A stretch of DNA of 64,000 nt from Alphaproteobacteria bacterium (GTDB lineage Bacteria; Pseudomonadota; Alphaproteobacteria; UBA2966): positions 2,368,001 to 2,432,000 of the forward strand of contig OZ219856.1 in the NCBI GenBank assembly GCA_964291395.2, given 5' to 3'. The notes beneath the pieces are model-generated. The model had not been told where the DNA came from, did no database searches, and saw only the letters and a list, made by a program, of their open reading frames with translations. The translations under genes were made by a program, and so were the position numbers. Every line of letters starts with the position of its first letter. Within the stretch, counting starts at the first letter, position 1. Shown here piece by piece: positions 52,851-64,000 of the stretch.

Positions 52851-53888
52851 CTAGAAGGGCTCTTCCATCCTCTTGGCCAGTTCCTCGATGTTTTCGGGCG
52901 GCCAGTTCGGCACTTCCATACCCAGATGCAAGCCCATCTGAGCCAATACCTCCTTGATTTCATTTAGAGATTTACGCCCGAAGTTAGGCGTGCGCAGCAT
53001 CTCGCCCTCGGTTTTCTGAATGAGGTCCCCGATATAAACGATGTTGTCGTTCTTGAGGCAGTTCGCGGACCGCACGGACAACTCCAACTCGTCAACCTTC
53101 CGCAACAGATTGCGGTTGAATTCAGGCTCGATCTGTTCCTCGATCTTCTCTTCGGTCTTGGGTTCCTCAAAGTTGATGAACAACTGCAACTGATCCTGGA
53201 GTATGCGTGCGGCATAGGCGACCGCGTCGTCGGGCGTCACGGTCCCGTTGGTCTCAACCTCAAGCGCAAGCTTGTCGTAGTCGAGGATTTGGCCTTCGCG
53301 CGAATTCTCCACCTTGTAGGCAACCTGACGAACAGGGCTATAGAGAGCGTCCACCGGGATCAGTCCGATGGGCGCGTCCTCCGAGCGATGCTGCGATGCC
53401 GGAACGTAACCTTTGCCCGAATCCACCGTCAGCTCCATGGACAGGTTGGCCTTCTCGTCGAGCGTACAGATCACCAGATCGGGATTCATCACCTCGATGT
53501 CGTGGCCGGCCTCAATCGCGCCGGCACGAACCTCGCCCGGACCATCCGCTTTGAGCGTCATCCGCTTGGGCCCTTCACCGTGCATACGCAGGGCGAGGCC
53601 CTTCACGTTCAGAACGATATCGGTGACGTCCTCACGAACCCCCTGTATGGACGAGAACTCATGAAGAACCCCGTCGATTTGAATCGAGGTCACGGCTACG
53701 CCATGCAGGGATGACAAGAGAACACGCCGCAACGCGTTGCCGAGCGTCAGACCAAAACCGCGCTCCAGTGGCTCCGCGACGACAGTCGCGACTTTTTGAT
53801 CATTCTTGTCCGCCTCGATGACCAGTCCGTTCGGTTTGATGAGTCGAAGCCAATTTTGCTGATTGACGCGTTCACTCTGCAAAGTCAA
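52851..53888 (-). CDS. rpoA: RNA polymerase subunit alpha
   Basis: [35 protein letters not shown]. Confidence 0.98.
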   Translation of the reverse strand: MTLQSERVNQQNWLRLIKPNGLVIEADKNDQKVATVVAEPLERGFGLTLGNALRRVLLSSLHGVAVTSIQIDGVLHEFSSIQGVREDVTDIVLNVKGLALRMHGEGPKRMTLKADGPGEVRAGAIEAGHDIEVMNPDLVICTLDEKANLSMELTVDSGKGYVPASQHRSEDAPIGLIPVDALYSPVRQVAYKVENSREGQILDYDKLALEVETNGTVTPDDAVAYAARILQDQLQLFINFEEPKTEEKIEEQIEPEFNRNLLRKVDELELSVRSANCLKNDNIVYIGDLIQKTEGEMLRTPNFGRKSLNEIKEVLAQMGLHLGMEVPNWPPENIEELAKRMEEPF

Positions 53889-53984
53889 TGGAGAGCTCTT
53901 TCCTCAAATGCGGGAACGGCTAAACCCGCTCCAACCAAGTCTTTATGAATCAGCCGGCCTCGATGACGGGGCGGCTGGGCTTCC

Positions 53985-54374
53985 CTACACCCGGCGCCGC
54001 TTTGGCGGCCGGCAACCGTTGTGCGGTATGGGCGATACATCCTTGATCGTGGTGATCGTGAACCCGATCGCCTGAAGCGAACGGAGTGCCGATTCACGAC
54101 CCGATCCCGGTCCCTTTATCCGTACTTCCAATTGCTTGACGCCATGCTCCATCGCCTTGCGGCCGGCGTCCTCGGCGGCAAGCTGCGCCGCATAAGGGGT
54201 CGATTTCCGGGATCCTTTGAACCCCTGTTGTCCCGCAGATGCCCAGGCGATGGTGTTGCCCTGTGCATCGGCGATCGTGATCTTCGTGTTATTGAATGTG
54301 GCGTTCACGTGCGCAACCGCAGAAGTAATGTTCTTGCGTTCGCGACGCCTGACTCGAGTCGTGCCCTTCACCAT
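53985..54374 (-). CDS. rpsK: 30S ribosomal protein S11
   Basis: [24 protein letters not shown]. Confidence 0.98.
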   Translation of the reverse strand: MVKGTTRVRRRERKNITSAVAHVNATFNNTKITIADAQGNTIAWASAGQQGFKGSRKSTPYAAQLAAEDAGRKAMEHGVKQLEVRIKGPGSGRESALRSLQAIGFTITTIKDVSPIPHNGCRPPKRRRV

Positions 54375-54422
54375 GGCTTTGTCCTTACTCGCCCATTCCT
54401 TGGTAAGTGAGGGAAACCCGAC

Positions 54423-54791
54423 TTACTTCTTCTTGCCCGCGATGGCGCGCGCCGGCCCTTTCCGGGTGCGGGCGTTGGTGTGTGTACGTTGGCCACGAAC
54501 CGGCAGCCCACGACGGTGACGCAATCCGCGATAGCATCCCAAATCCATCAGCCGTTTGATGTCCATGGCCCTCTCACGTCTCAAATCGCCTTCGACGATG
54601 TAGTCACGATCGATGATCTCGCGAATCTGGATGACCTCGGCATCGGCCAAATCACCAACGCGTCGTTCAGCAGGGATGGATGCCTTTCTACAAATCTCCT
54701 TAGCCTTAGAGCGGCCGATTCCGAAGATGTATGTCAGGCTGATCTCAACACGCTTGTTCGTTGGGATATTTACGCCGGCAATTCGTGCCAC
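54423..54791 (-). CDS. rpsM: 30S ribosomal protein S13
   Basis: GTG start, [23 protein letters not shown]. Confidence 0.98.
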   Translation of the reverse strand: MARIAGVNIPTNKRVEISLTYIFGIGRSKAKEICRKASIPAERRVGDLADAEVIQIREIIDRDYIVEGDLRRERAMDIKRLMDLGCYRGLRHRRGLPVRGQRTHTNARTRKGPARAIAGKKK

Positions 54792-54877
54792 GCCAGACCC
54801 CCAAATTTCAAATGCAAGAAGGCGCAACCCCTAAGTCACCCAGGGTACGCCTCATCAATGCCAGTGGAAAGTGCGCG

Positions 54878-54906
54878 ATTATTGGGAATTGCACTCTTCA
54901 AGTCAA
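54878..54906 (-). promoter_or_regulatory. sigma70 promoter of the alpha operon
   Basis: TTGACT-N17-AATAAT upstream of rpsM. Confidence 0.6.
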
Positions 54907-54910
54907 CCGG

Positions 54911-55561
54911 TTAGGTCGCCTCCATCAACGATTCCATCTCGCGCTCGAGCTGCTCGATGTCGGCCATGGCATCGACCGATTCGAGAACGCCTTTTTCCCG
55001 AAAAAATAGCAAAAGAGGTTCTGTTTGCACGTGATAGTCTTCGAGGCGATGCCGAACAGTTTCGGGATTGTCGTCCGCGCGACGGCGAAACCGACGCCCC
55101 CCGCAAACATCGCAAACACCTTCGCGGTCCGGCGGCTTGTTCACGTCGTGATACCCTTCGCCACATCGCGCGCAAGAAAAGCGGCCTGAAATCCTTTTCA
55201 CCATGGCTTCGTCATCTGCCTCGAACAAAATGACCAAATTGAGCGCCATGCCCCGCTCCGCCAAGTACTCGTCGAACATCCGGGCCTGCGAAAGCGTGCG
55301 CGGGAATCCGTCCAATATGACGCCGCTCGCGCAATCGGGTTCCTCGATCCGTTCAGCGACCATGGCAACGATCAGATCATCGGGAACGAGATCACCCGAT
55401 GCCATTCGCTCCTCGACCCGGATCCCGATTTTCGTTTTCTCTTCCACAGCCGTCCGGAGCATTTCTCCAGTCGACAGTGCTTTGAGACCGAATTTCTCCT
55501 CCATGATCCTTGCCTGCGTTCCTTTGCCGGACGCCGGTGGACCAACCAGAGCGATGATCAG
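54911..55561 (-). CDS. adk: adenylate kinase (4-Cys LID; probable CTG start)
   Basis: P-loop GPPASGKGT lies upstream of the first ATG; LDGFPRT; CxxC..CxxC; RRADD. Confidence 0.93.
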   Translation of the reverse strand: MIIALVGPPASGKGTQARIMEEKFGLKALSTGEMLRTAVEEKTKIGIRVEERMASGDLVPDDLIVAMVAERIEEPDCASGVILDGFPRTLSQARMFDEYLAERGMALNLVILFEADDEAMVKRISGRFSCARCGEGYHDVNKPPDREGVCDVCGGRRFRRRADDNPETVRHRLEDYHVQTEPLLLFFREKGVLESVDAMADIEQLEREMESLMEAT

Positions 55562-56901
55562 CGGTTGCGACCTCTGAGTCTGGATTTCTTGATCAGCCCC
55601 TCATATTGGTGCGCAAGCAAATGGGAGTGCACCTGCGCCACCGTATCCATGGTCACCGTAACGACTATGAGTAGCGACGTACCACCAAAATAGAACGGAA
55701 CCGCGTACTGTGAAATGAGGAGCTCGGGAAGCAGGCACACGAGTGCGAGATATGCGGCACCGACGCACGTCAATCGTGTCAGCACGTAATCCAGATACTC
55801 GGCCGTGTTCTTGCCGGGCCGGATTCCCGGAATGAAACCGCCATATTTCTTCAGGTTATCCGCGGTATCGGACGGATTGAAAACAACCGCAGTATAGAAG
55901 AACGCGAAAAAGACGATCCCACCTATATAGAGGCCGAGATACAGCGGCTGACCGCGGCCGAGCAACGACGTCACCGTTGTCAGCCACTCCGGCCCTCCCG
56001 ATGCGCTGAAGCCTGCCAAGGTTATCGGCAACAGCAGCAGGGAAGACGCGAAAATGGGCGGAATCACGCCTGCTGTATTCAGCTTGAGCGGCAGATGCGA
56101 GTTGTCGCCACCGAACATCTTGTTGCCAACCTGACGCTTGGGATACTGGATCACGATGCGTCGCTGCGCACGCTCCATGAACACAATGAACGCGATCGTC
56201 ACGACGGCCATGACCATCAGGAACAGGATGAACAGGGTAGAAAGCGCACCGGTCCGGCCCAGTTCAAGAGTGCTTACCAGCGCGCGGGGCAACTCCGCGA
56301 CGATGCCGGCGAATATGATCAACGAAATCCCGTTCCCGACACCGCGCGCCGTGACTTGCTCGCCCAGCCACATGAGGAACACGGTTCCACCGGTCAGCGT
56401 GACAACGGTCGTGATCCTGAAGAAAGCTCCCGGCTCGAGGACCGCGCTGCCGGACGCCCCGGTCATGCTTTCGAGGCCGACCGCGATGCCGTAGGCCTGA
56501 ACCGCCGCAAGAAGGACGGTGCCGTAGCGAGTGTATTGATTGATTTTCTTACGACCCTGTTCGCCTTCCTTTTTCAATTGCTCAAGCTGTGGCGATACCG
56601 TCGTCATCAACTGCATGATGATCGACGCGGAAATGTAAGGCATGACGTTCAGAGCGAAGATCGTCATGCGCCCCAGCGCGCCCCCGGCGAACATGTCAAA
56701 CATCCCGAGGATGCCGCTCTGCTGCTGGCGGAATATGTCCGCGAGAATCGCGGCGTCGATTCCAGGCACGGGAATATAGGTTCCCAGACGGTAGATGATC
56801 AGGACACCGAGCGTGAACCAGATTCGCCGCTTCAACTCCGTGGCCTTGGAGAAGGCGCCGAAATTGATGTTGGCGGCGAGCTGTTCGGCGGCTGAAGGCA
56901 T
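55558..56901 (-). CDS. secY: preprotein translocase SecY
   Basis: PYISASII, WLGEQ, GNGISL, AGVIPPIFA, IPGIRPG, FGGTSLLI. Confidence 0.98.
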   Translation of the reverse strand: MPSAAEQLAANINFGAFSKATELKRRIWFTLGVLIIYRLGTYIPVPGIDAAILADIFRQQQSGILGMFDMFAGGALGRMTIFALNVMPYISASIIMQLMTTVSPQLEQLKKEGEQGRKKINQYTRYGTVLLAAVQAYGIAVGLESMTGASGSAVLEPGAFFRITTVVTLTGGTVFLMWLGEQVTARGVGNGISLIIFAGIVAELPRALVSTLELGRTGALSTLFILFLMVMAVVTIAFIVFMERAQRRIVIQYPKRQVGNKMFGGDNSHLPLKLNTAGVIPPIFASSLLLLPITLAGFSASGGPEWLTTVTSLLGRGQPLYLGLYIGGIVFFAFFYTAVVFNPSDTADNLKKYGGFIPGIRPGKNTAEYLDYVLTRLTCVGAAYLALVCLLPELLISQYAVPFYFGGTSLLIVVTVTMDTVAQVHSHLLAHQYEGLIKKSRLRGRNR

Positions 56902-56911
56902 CGTTCTGATG

Positions 56912-57517
56912 TTACTCCGTTTCGGAGCCCCGCTCCGGCTTATCGTCTCGTGTCCGGGCTTCTTCTCCGGCAGATGTCCCGTCGTCCTGAGCTTCGGACG
57001 CGGAGGCCTTGGCCTCTTCCGGCTTCCGACCCTTCTTCGCCACCGCCTCGGACTTCGCTTGGCGGAGTACGGTCACCCTGCCACCCGCCTTTTCCACGGC
57101 CGTCTTGGCGCCTGCGGAAGCCCAATCTACCTCCACCGATAGCATCGTCGTCAGCTTCCCTTTGCCCAGGAGGCGGACACCGTCCCGCAACCGCGTCACG
57201 ATCCCGGCCGCGGCCATCGCCGCCGCATCGACGGGCTTCGAAGCATCGATCTTACCGGCATCGACGGCGGCCTGAAGACGGCCGACATTCACCGCGGCAA
57301 ACCTCTTACGGAATATGTTGTTGAAGCCGCGCTTCGGCAAGCGCCGGTGTATAGGCATTTGCCCGCCCTCGAAACCCTTGAGCGCGACACCGCTGCGGGA
57401 CCGTTGGCCCTTGTCTCCTCGACCCGATCGCTTGCCCTTGCCCGACCCGATTCCCCGACCCACGCGGGTGCGGGCACGGCTGGCGTTCGCACGATCGGAA
57501 AGTTCGTTGAGATTCAT
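56912..57517 (-). CDS. rplO: 50S ribosomal protein L15
   Basis: [18 protein letters not shown]; long charged C-terminal tail. Confidence 0.97.
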   Translation of the reverse strand: MNLNELSDRANASRARTRVGRGIGSGKGKRSGRGDKGQRSRSGVALKGFEGGQMPIHRRLPKRGFNNIFRKRFAAVNVGRLQAAVDAGKIDASKPVDAAAMAAAGIVTRLRDGVRLLGKGKLTTMLSVEVDWASAGAKTAVEKAGGRVTVLRQAKSEAVAKKGRKPEEAKASASEAQDDGTSAGEEARTRDDKPERGSETE

Positions 57518-57536
57518 CGATCCTCTCCGCGCCTTG

Positions 57537-57731
57537 CTAGCCCGCCTCTTCAACACGGACTAGATGCTGGATCTTGTTGATCATACCCCGGACGGACGGC
57601 GTGTCCTCAAGCTCTCGCGTGCGGTTCATCTTGTTCAAGCCCAAACCCGTCAGCACTTGGCGCTGCCGCCTGGGGCGCCCAATGGCGCTTCGCACTTGAG
57701 TAACCTTCAGCGTTTCACCCTTCTTCGCCAT
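57537..57731 (-). CDS. rpmD: 50S ribosomal protein L30
   Basis: [18 protein letters not shown]. Confidence 0.97.
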   Translation of the reverse strand: MAKKGETLKVTQVRSAIGRPRRQRQVLTGLGLNKMNRTRELEDTPSVRGMINKIQHLVRVEEAG

Positions 57732-57734
57732 CGA

Positions 57735-58277
57735 TCACTCCTTGGCGTCCTTCGCAGCCTGATCCCGGCGACCCACGATATCGCCGATTTTCTTTCCGCG
57801 TTTGGCGGCGGCGAAACGCGGCGACATGACGCGGCCCAAAGCGTCGAAAGTGGCCTTCACCATATTGTACGGGTTCGCCGTACCGATCGATTTGGTCACA
57901 ACGTCCTGCACACCCAAGGTTTCGAACACCGCCCGCATGGGTCCGCCGGCAATGATACCGGTGCCAGGAGGCGCGGCCCGCAACACCACCCGGCCGGCGC
58001 CAAAACGGCCCTGCACATCGTGGTGAAGCGTTCTCCCCTCGCGAAGGGGCACGCGAATCATGTTACGCTTCGCCTGCTCGGTCGCCTTGCGAATCGCCTC
58101 CGGGACCTCACGAGCCTTGCCGTGACCGTATCCCACCCGGCCTTTCTGGTCACCCGCGACCACTAGCGCCGCGAACCCGAATCGGCGGCCGCCTTTCACG
58201 ACCTTCGCGACGCGGTTGATACTGACCAGCTTGTCGACAACTTCGCTATCGCCGCGGTCGCCGAACGTTACTGCCAT
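57735..58277 (-). CDS. rpsE: 30S ribosomal protein S5
   Basis: [22 protein letters not shown]. Confidence 0.98.
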   Translation of the reverse strand: MAVTFGDRGDSEVVDKLVSINRVAKVVKGGRRFGFAALVVAGDQKGRVGYGHGKAREVPEAIRKATEQAKRNMIRVPLREGRTLHHDVQGRFGAGRVVLRAAPPGTGIIAGGPMRAVFETLGVQDVVTKSIGTANPYNMVKATFDALGRVMSPRFAAAKRGKKIGDIVGRRDQAAKDAKE

Positions 58278-58292
58278 GATGCGCTCTCCCCG

Positions 58293-58655
58293 CTAAAACG
58301 AAAGGCCGCCCGCGCGCGCTGCATCGGCAAGCGCCTTGACCCGGCCGTGAAAGAGATAGCCGCCACGATCGAATACGACACGTTCCACGCCCGCCAATTT
58401 GGCCCGGCTGGCGATGACTTCGCCAACCTTGGTCGCGGCGGCGACGGAACCGCCCGAACCGCCGGCCGCCCGCACGTCGCGGTCGAGTGTCGAGGCGGAG
58501 GCCAGGGTGACACCCCGGACATCGTCGATCACTTGCGCATAGATGTGCTTGTTCGAGCGATAGACCGACAGCCTCGGCCGCCCTCCAGCCGATCCGCGGA
58601 GACGGTGGCGGACACGCCGCGCGCGGCGCTTGTTCACTGTTTCGCGCCTAGCCAT
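58293..58655 (-). CDS. rplR: 50S ribosomal protein L18
   Basis: [21 protein letters not shown]. Confidence 0.98.
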   Translation of the reverse strand: MARRETVNKRRARRVRHRLRGSAGGRPRLSVYRSNKHIYAQVIDDVRGVTLASASTLDRDVRAAGGSGGSVAAATKVGEVIASRAKLAGVERVVFDRGGYLFHGRVKALADAARAGGLSF

Positions 58656-58660
58656 TGACC

Positions 58661-59194
58661 CTACTTCTTTTTTCCTTCCTTGCGGAAGACGTATTCGCCC
58701 ACATATCGGATCCCTTTACCCTTGTACGGCTCGGGTTTCCGAAACGCCCGAATTTCGGCGGCAACCTGACCTACCTTCTGCCGGTCCATCCCGGAGATCG
58801 AGACGGCCGTCGGCCGCTCGCACTTGATGTCGATATCCTCCGGAATGGGATAATTGATTTCGTGGCTGTATCCCATCTGCAGGTTCAACGTCCGGTCTTC
58901 CACAGCCGCTCGGTATCCCACACCGATAATTTCCAGCTCCACCGAAAATCCTTGGGAGACGCCCCGAACGAGATTGTCAACCAGCGTCCGCTGCATACCC
59001 CACATAGTCCGAGAACGCTTTGAGTTGTCCCGGGGCTTGATGACGATTTCGTCGTTTTCCAGAGACGCGAGTACCTCTTCGACCAACGTCATCGACAGCT
59101 CGCCCATCGGGCCTCTGGCCGTCATTTCCTGCCCGGAAACCTCCACGGTCACATCTTGCGGCACGGGCACGGGTCTCTGTCCAATCCGTGACAT
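58661..59194 (-). CDS. rplF: 50S ribosomal protein L6
   Basis: [20 protein letters not shown]. Confidence 0.98.
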   Translation of the reverse strand: MSRIGQRPVPVPQDVTVEVSGQEMTARGPMGELSMTLVEEVLASLENDEIVIKPRDNSKRSRTMWGMQRTLVDNLVRGVSQGFSVELEIIGVGYRAAVEDRTLNLQMGYSHEINYPIPEDIDIKCERPTAVSISGMDRQKVGQVAAEIRAFRKPEPYKGKGIRYVGEYVFRKEGKKK

Positions 59195-59202
59195 GATTCC
59201 AC

Positions 59203-59601
59203 CTAGATCACGTTACACAGGACTTCGCCGCCAACATGCTCGGCGCGCGCTTCCGAGTCGGAGAGGACACCCTTGGGGGTCGACAGAATGGCGATGCCAA
59301 GACCATTGGAAACCCTCGGCAAATCCCGAATCGAGGAATACACTCGGCGTCCGGGGCGTGACACTCGCGTGATCGTCTGAATCACGGGTTCGCCCTCCTG
59401 GTACTTGAGTTCGATACGGATTTCAGGCTTGCCGGTTTCGCTCTCCATACGCTCGTAGCCACGGATATAGCCCTCGCGCTTCAGGACATCCAGCACGTTC
59501 GCCCTCAAGTTCGAGGCGGGACTGGTGATCGAACTCAGATAAGCCCGCTGACCATTGCGGATGCGCGTCAACATATCGCCCAAAGGATCGCTCATCGACA
59601 T
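59203..59601 (-). CDS. rpsH: 30S ribosomal protein S8
   Basis: [24 protein letters not shown]. Confidence 0.98.
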   Translation of the reverse strand: MSMSDPLGDMLTRIRNGQRAYLSSITSPASNLRANVLDVLKREGYIRGYERMESETGKPEIRIELKYQEGEPVIQTITRVSRPGRRVYSSIRDLPRVSNGLGIAILSTPKGVLSDSEARAEHVGGEVLCNVI

Positions 59602-59612
59602 GCCGGCACCTC

Positions 59613-59918
59613 CTACCAGCTCGACTTGACCATGCCGGGAATACGCCCTTCGGAGGCCAACGACCGCAAGGCGATACGTGATAGACGAAGCTTGCGATAG
59701 TAGCCCCGGGGGCGGCCGCTGATTTCGCAACGGTTGCGCACACGGGTCGCCGAAGAGTTTCGCGGAAGCTCGGCAAGTTTGAGCCGAGCGGCAAAGCGCT
59801 CCTCTTGCGGCAGAGACTCGTCCGCCGCAATCTTTTTCAGCCGCTCCCGCTTGCCGGCATACTTGGCGACCAGCTTCTGCCGCCGCCGGTTTCTCTCTAT
59901 CGCGCTCTTCTTGGCCAT
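59613..59918 (-). CDS. rpsN: 30S ribosomal protein S14
   Basis: [24 protein letters not shown]. Confidence 0.98.
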   Translation of the reverse strand: MAKKSAIERNRRRQKLVAKYAGKRERLKKIAADESLPQEERFAARLKLAELPRNSSATRVRNRCEISGRPRGYYRKLRLSRIALRSLASEGRIPGMVKSSW

Positions 59919-59967
59919 GGTGCCGCCTATCCTCGTGCCGTCCGGTTCGGAACCCCGCCCGCCGGTA

Positions 59968-60507
59968 TCAATTCATGAAAGGCATGCCGAACCCGGCAAG
60001 CAATTCCCTCGCTTCGTCATCGGTAGCCGCAGTCGTCACGATCGCGATATCGAGCCCGCGGATCGTGTCGACTTTGTCGTAGTCGATCTCCGGAAAGACG
60101 ATCTGTTCCCGGAGTCCTAAGGAGAAGTTCCCCCGTCCGTCGAAGCTTTTGGGTGATACGCCGCGGAAATCGCGGACCCGCGGAAGGGCGATGGTGATCA
60201 GGCGGTCGAGGAACTCGAACATGCGCCGACGGCGCAGCGTGACCTTCACGCCGATTTCCATACCTTCACGCAACTTGAAATTAGAGATCGATTTCCGAGC
60301 CTTCGTGATCACGGGCTGCTGCCCCGCGATCGCCGTGAGATCGGCGAATGCGCTTTGGACGACGTTCGAATCCCGGGCACCTTCGCCCATTCCCATATTG
60401 AGAACGATCTTCTCTAGCTCCGGGATGCGCATCGGATTGTCGTAGCCGAACCGTTCTCGCATGGCCGGTCTGACGACGGTGGCGTAATGCTGTTGCATAC
60501 GGGTCAT
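59968..60507 (-). CDS. rplE: 50S ribosomal protein L5
   Basis: [22 protein letters not shown]. Confidence 0.98.
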   Translation of the reverse strand: MTRMQQHYATVVRPAMRERFGYDNPMRIPELEKIVLNMGMGEGARDSNVVQSAFADLTAIAGQQPVITKARKSISNFKLREGMEIGVKVTLRRRRMFEFLDRLITIALPRVRDFRGVSPKSFDGRGNFSLGLREQIVFPEIDYDKVDTIRGLDIAIVTTAATDDEARELLAGFGMPFMN

Positions 60508-60516
60508 GGTCAATTC

Positions 60517-60840
60517 CTATAGATCCACGACTTCGCCGGACTTCTTCGCGAACCGCACCTTGCGCCCGTCGTCTAGAAACTTGAATCCGACACGTGTTGC
60601 TTCGCCGGTCTTCGGATCGACGAGCGCCACGTTGGACAACGTCAGAGACGCTTCCTTCTCGATGACGCCACCGGGATTCCCCGCCTGGGGCCGCGCATGG
60701 CGCTTGACGACGTTGACGCCCTGAACCAGGACGCGCCCATCCTTGCGGAGGACTCGAAGGACCTCACCTTTCTTGCCCTTCTCCCGGCCGTTCAGAACGA
60801 CAACTTGATCGCCCTTGCGAATTTTCGACGCGCCCGCCAT
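60517..60840 (-). CDS. rplX: 50S ribosomal protein L24
   Basis: [12 protein letters not shown] motif, SNVAL. Confidence 0.98.
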   Translation of the reverse strand: MAGASKIRKGDQVVVLNGREKGKKGEVLRVLRKDGRVLVQGVNVVKRHARPQAGNPGGVIEKEASLTLSNVALVDPKTGEATRVGFKFLDDGRKVRFAKKSGEVVDL

Positions 60841-61208
60841 CACAACACCTCGGGCGCGAGCGAGACGATCTTCATGTGCTGCTTGGCCCGGAGCTCGCGA
60901 GTCACCGGTCCGAAAATTCGGGTACCGATCGGTTCACCCTGGGGATTGATCAACACCGCCGCATTTCGGTCGAAGCGAATGGCGCTGCCGTCAGGACGCC
61001 GGATCTCCTTGGCCGTGCGTACGACCACGGCGCGATGCATGTCACCCTTCTTGACGCGTCCCCGCGGGATCGCTTCCTTGACGCTGACGATGATGATATC
61101 GCCGATCGACGCGGTACGACGCTTCGAACCGCCCAGCACCTTGATGCACTGGACGCGGCGGGCACCCGAATTGTCGGCTATCTCGAGGTTTGTTTCCGGC
61201 TGAATCAT
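60840..61208 (-). CDS. rplN: 50S ribosomal protein L14
   Basis: [21 protein letters not shown]. Confidence 0.98.
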   Translation of the reverse strand: MIQPETNLEIADNSGARRVQCIKVLGGSKRRTASIGDIIIVSVKEAIPRGRVKKGDMHRAVVVRTAKEIRRPDGSAIRFDRNAAVLINPQGEPIGTRIFGPVTRELRAKQHMKIVSLAPEVL

Positions 61209-61237
61209 GTCGTCAACCCGCTCGTCACCATCGTTCC

Positions 61238-61474
61238 CTACCTCGCTTCCGCGAGAACTTCCCAGCTCTTGAGCTTGGAGACGGGCCGACATTCTCGGAT
61301 TCTCACAACGTCACCGACGCTGTATACGTTTTCCGGGTCGTGTGCGTGATACCTCTTGCTGCGCCGAATGATCTTTTTGTAGAGCGGATGGCGAACGCGG
61401 CGCTCCACTCGCACCACGATCGTCTTATCACCGGCGTTGCTCACGACGACGCCCTGCAAAACTCGCTTCGACAT
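61238..61474 (-). CDS. rpsQ: 30S ribosomal protein S17
   Basis: GVVVS, HPLYKK, ECRPVSK. Confidence 0.98.
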   Translation of the reverse strand: MSKRVLQGVVVSNAGDKTIVVRVERRVRHPLYKKIIRRSKRYHAHDPENVYSVGDVVRIRECRPVSKLKSWEVLAEAR

Positions 61475-61484
61475 TCCGCCCCTC

Positions 61485-61682
61485 CTAGGACACTTGGCTG
61501 GACGCCGCGTTGAGCATCGTCTTCACGCGTGCGATGTCACGCCGCACTTCGCGGATTCGCGCAGTATTCTCAAGCTGACCCGACACCTTTTGAAAGCGCA
61601 GATTGAACAGCTCCTTCTTCGAGCCGAGAAGGAGATCATTGAGCTCGTCCACCGTCTTGCCGCGCAACTCCTCGGGCTTCAT
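61485..61682 (-). CDS. rpmC: 50S ribosomal protein L29
   Basis: [14 protein letters not shown]. Confidence 0.97.
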   Translation of the reverse strand: MKPEELRGKTVDELNDLLLGSKKELFNLRFQKVSGQLENTARIREVRRDIARVKTMLNAASSQVS

Positions 61683-61683
61683 G

Positions 61684-62100
61684 TCAGCTACCCTCCGTGC
61701 GGCTGATAATCCTGGTCTGCAAGGACAACTTCGCCGCACCCCGCATCAGCGCTTCGTGTGCCAGTCCCGACGGAACGCCGCCCAACTCAAACATCACGCG
61801 CCCCGGCTTAACGCGGCACATCCAGAACTCCGGAGATCCCTTACCCTTACCCATGCGAACCTCGGTCGGCTTGGAGCTCACCGGCACATCGGGAAACACA
61901 CGAATCCAGACGCGCCCGGTGCGCTTGATGTGGCGCGTGATCGCCCGTCGGCAGGCTTCGATCTGGCGCGCCGTGATGCGCCCGGCCGTCGTCGCCTTGA
62001 GCCCGAACGTGCCGAAGTTGAGCGTGTTTCCGGAGGACGCCGAACCGTGGATGCGGCCTTTCTGAGCCTTGCGATACTTGGTACGTTTAGGCTGTAACAT
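61684..62100 (-). CDS. rplP: 50S ribosomal protein L16
   Basis: [18 protein letters not shown]. Confidence 0.98.
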   Translation of the reverse strand: MLQPKRTKYRKAQKGRIHGSASSGNTLNFGTFGLKATTAGRITARQIEACRRAITRHIKRTGRVWIRVFPDVPVSSKPTEVRMGKGKGSPEFWMCRVKPGRVMFELGGVPSGLAHEALMRGAAKLSLQTRIISRTEGS

Positions 62101-62127
62101 GGGATTGCCTTCGTCGCGCCTGGCGGA

Positions 62128-62808
62128 CTAACGCTGCGTCTGCTGATCCGCCAGCAGCTTGTCCTGCGCCATCGGATCGTGCGCCATGATCTCACCCTTA
62201 AAGACCCACACCTTGACGCCGCAGGTGCCGTAGGTGGTGAACGCCGTCTGCTGACCGTAGTCGATGTCGGCGCGCAAGGTGTGCAAGGGCACGCGGCCTT
62301 CACGATACCATTCAGTCCGGGCGATCTCGGCCCCGCCGAGACGGCCGCCACAGTTGATTCGAATGCCCTGGGCGCCAAGCCGGATCGCCGACTGAACCGC
62401 GCGTTTCATAGCGCGTCGGAAAGCGACCCGGCGTTCGAGTTGCTGGGCGATATTTTCGGCAATCAGCTTGGCGTCGATCTCGGGTTTGCGGATTTCGAGA
62501 ATGTTGAGATGCACTTCGCTTCCCGTCATCTCGGAGAGCTTGGCGCGCAACCGCTCGATGTCGGCACCCTTCTTCCCGATGACGACGCCCGGACGCGCCG
62601 TGTGGATCGTGACCCGCGCCTTCTTGGCGGGCCGTTCGATCACGATCTTGCTGATCCCCGCTTGGGAGAGCTGGCCTTCGAGGAACTTTCGAATACGCAG
62701 ATCCTCATGAAGCAGCTTTCCGTACTCGTTCTTGTTCGCGTACCACCGGGACTCCCACGTCCGGTTGATTCCAAGACGCAGACCGACAGGATTGACCTTC
62801 TGACCCAT
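62128..62808 (-). CDS. rpsC: 30S ribosomal protein S3
   Basis: [25 protein letters not shown]. Confidence 0.98.
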   Translation of the reverse strand: MGQKVNPVGLRLGINRTWESRWYANKNEYGKLLHEDLRIRKFLEGQLSQAGISKIVIERPAKKARVTIHTARPGVVIGKKGADIERLRAKLSEMTGSEVHLNILEIRKPEIDAKLIAENIAQQLERRVAFRRAMKRAVQSAIRLGAQGIRINCGGRLGGAEIARTEWYREGRVPLHTLRADIDYGQQTAFTTYGTCGVKVWVFKGEIMAHDPMAQDKLLADQQTQR

Positions 62809-63188
62809 CAGGCAGTCTCCTCGCGTTCGCGGACGACGAGCGTGAGCTCGCTGAACGGTTTGTGGATTCGCCCCACCCGACCCCGCGCCCTGGGCTGCCA
62901 CCGCTTCATCACCAGCCCTTTGCCGACACTCGCCTCCGCAACATAGAGCCGGTCAACGTCGAGCTGATGGTTATTTTCGGCATTGGCGATCGCCGACTGG
63001 AGCACCTTCTTGACTTCACGCGCGATGCGCCGCTTCGAGAACGTCAGCTCCGCGAGCGCAGAGTCGACACCCTTGCCCCGGATGGTGCCCGCAACGAGGT
63101 CGAGCTTGCGAGGGCTGATCCGAACGTGCCGGGCCTTCGCCATAGCCTCGTTGTCGGTGAGGCGCCGGGGATGCGATTTCTTTCCCAT
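62808..63188 (-). CDS. rplV: 50S ribosomal protein L22
   Basis: SPRKL, SAIANAE, PRARGR. Confidence 0.98.
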   Translation of the reverse strand: MGKKSHPRRLTDNEAMAKARHVRISPRKLDLVAGTIRGKGVDSALAELTFSKRRIAREVKKVLQSAIANAENNHQLDVDRLYVAEASVGKGLVMKRWQPRARGRVGRIHKPFSELTLVVREREETA

Positions 63189-63192
63189 GGGC

Positions 63193-63471
63193 CTACGCCC
63201 TTCGCGCCTTCTTGTCCGCCGCGTGCCCGTAGTAGGTCCGTGTCGGCGCAAATTCTCCGAGCTTGTGACCCACCATGCTCTCGTTGACGAGCACGGGGAT
63301 GAACTTGCGGCCGTTGTAGACGGCGAACGTCAGTCCGACGAACTGGGGCAATATGGTGGAACGGCGAGACCAAGTCCGGATGACTTGGTTGCGTCCGGAT
63401 TGCCGAGCCGCCTCCGCCTTCTTCAGGAGATAGCCATCGACGAATGGACCTTTCCATACTGAACGGGCCAC
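63193..63471 (-). CDS. rpsS: 30S ribosomal protein S19
   Basis: [19 protein letters not shown]. Confidence 0.98.
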   Translation of the reverse strand: MARSVWKGPFVDGYLLKKAEAARQSGRNQVIRTWSRRSTILPQFVGLTFAVYNGRKFIPVLVNESMVGHKLGEFAPTRTYYGHAADKKARRA

Positions 63472-63481
63472 GTGACCTCTC

Positions 63482-64000
63482 CTATCTCTTGTGCCGGCTG
63501 CGCATGATTAACCGGTCCGTCTTCTTGTTTGACCGGGTGCGCTTGCCTTTGGTCGGCTTGCCCCAAGGGGTTACCGGATGCCGGCCACCTGACGTGCGTC
63601 CTTCGCCGCCACCGTGCGGGTGATCGATCGGATTCATCGCCACACCACGGACGGAAGGACGTTTGCCCAACCAGCGCCTGCGACCAGCTTTCCCAAGCTT
63701 GATGTTCTTGTTGTCGGGATTCGAGACGGCACCAACGGTCGCCAGGCATTCCGCCCGAACCATGCGTTGCTCACCCGAACTGAGCCTCAGCAGCGCGTAG
63801 CCCGCATCCTTGCCAACGAGTTGCGCATAGGCGCCCGCGGCCCGCGCGATCTGGCCACCCCGGCCCGGCTTCATTTCGATGTTGTGAATGATCGTACCCA
63901 CCGGAATGTTGCGCATCGGCATGGCGTTCCCTGGCTTGACGTCGACCCGCTCACCGGAGATCACGGTATCGCCAACCGAAAGCCGTTGCGGCGCCAGCAC
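63482..64000 (-). CDS. rplB: 50S ribosomal protein L2 (3' part; 5' end outside window)
   Basis: [24 protein letters not shown]. Confidence 0.98.
   Translation of the reverse strand: MLAPQRLSVGDTVISGERVDVKPGNAMPMRNIPVGTIIHNIEMKPGRGGQIARAAGAYAQLVGKDAGYALLRLSSGEQRMVRAECLATVGAVSNPDNKNIKLGKAGRRRWLGKRPSVRGVAMNPIDHPHGGGEGRTSGGRHPVTPWGKPTKGKRTRSNKKTDRLIMRSRHKR

Noticed and set aside
52386-56901. Absence of rpmJ, infA and rpsD from the spc/alpha cluster; adk after secY; Cys4 LID
   Set aside because: This is the normal arrangement for Alphaproteobacteria.

Overview
GC-rich alphaproteobacterial chromosome segment (Rhodospirillales-like gene order; this taxonomy is an inference), almost entirely coding and mostly on the minus strand. 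Left to right it carries: clpA(partial)-clpS; a divergent D-Ala-D-Ala carboxypeptidase; psuG-pgm-ugd-galU; a J-domain/VWA gene pair; DUF3179; several metabolic singletons including leucine dehydrogenase; an accessory patch (about 16.0-20.3 kb) with an atypical TonB-dependent receptor and a HEPN/Abi remnant; a leucine/acyl-CoA catabolic cluster (mccA, mccB, ivd, thiolase, ACAD); a decayed PaaI thioesterase; mgtE; tRNA-Leu(GAG); an HU paralog plus an ABC/aldolase/hydrolase/amidase operon; lipB; a complete Na+-translocating acyl-CoA decarboxylase operon (mmdADCB-like); the degQ-rarA-crcB-rluC-HAD-atp12 cluster interrupted by a DUF429-like gene; and the S10/spc/alpha ribosomal protein cluster (rplB partial to rplQ). 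The most notable points are the Na+-pumping decarboxylase, an adk gene that apparently must start at CTG, the unusual receptor patch, and an uncharacterised catabolic operon with a divergent aldolase. No CRISPR array, rRNA, transposase or integrase was seen. All protein calls come from motif recognition by eye, not database searches.
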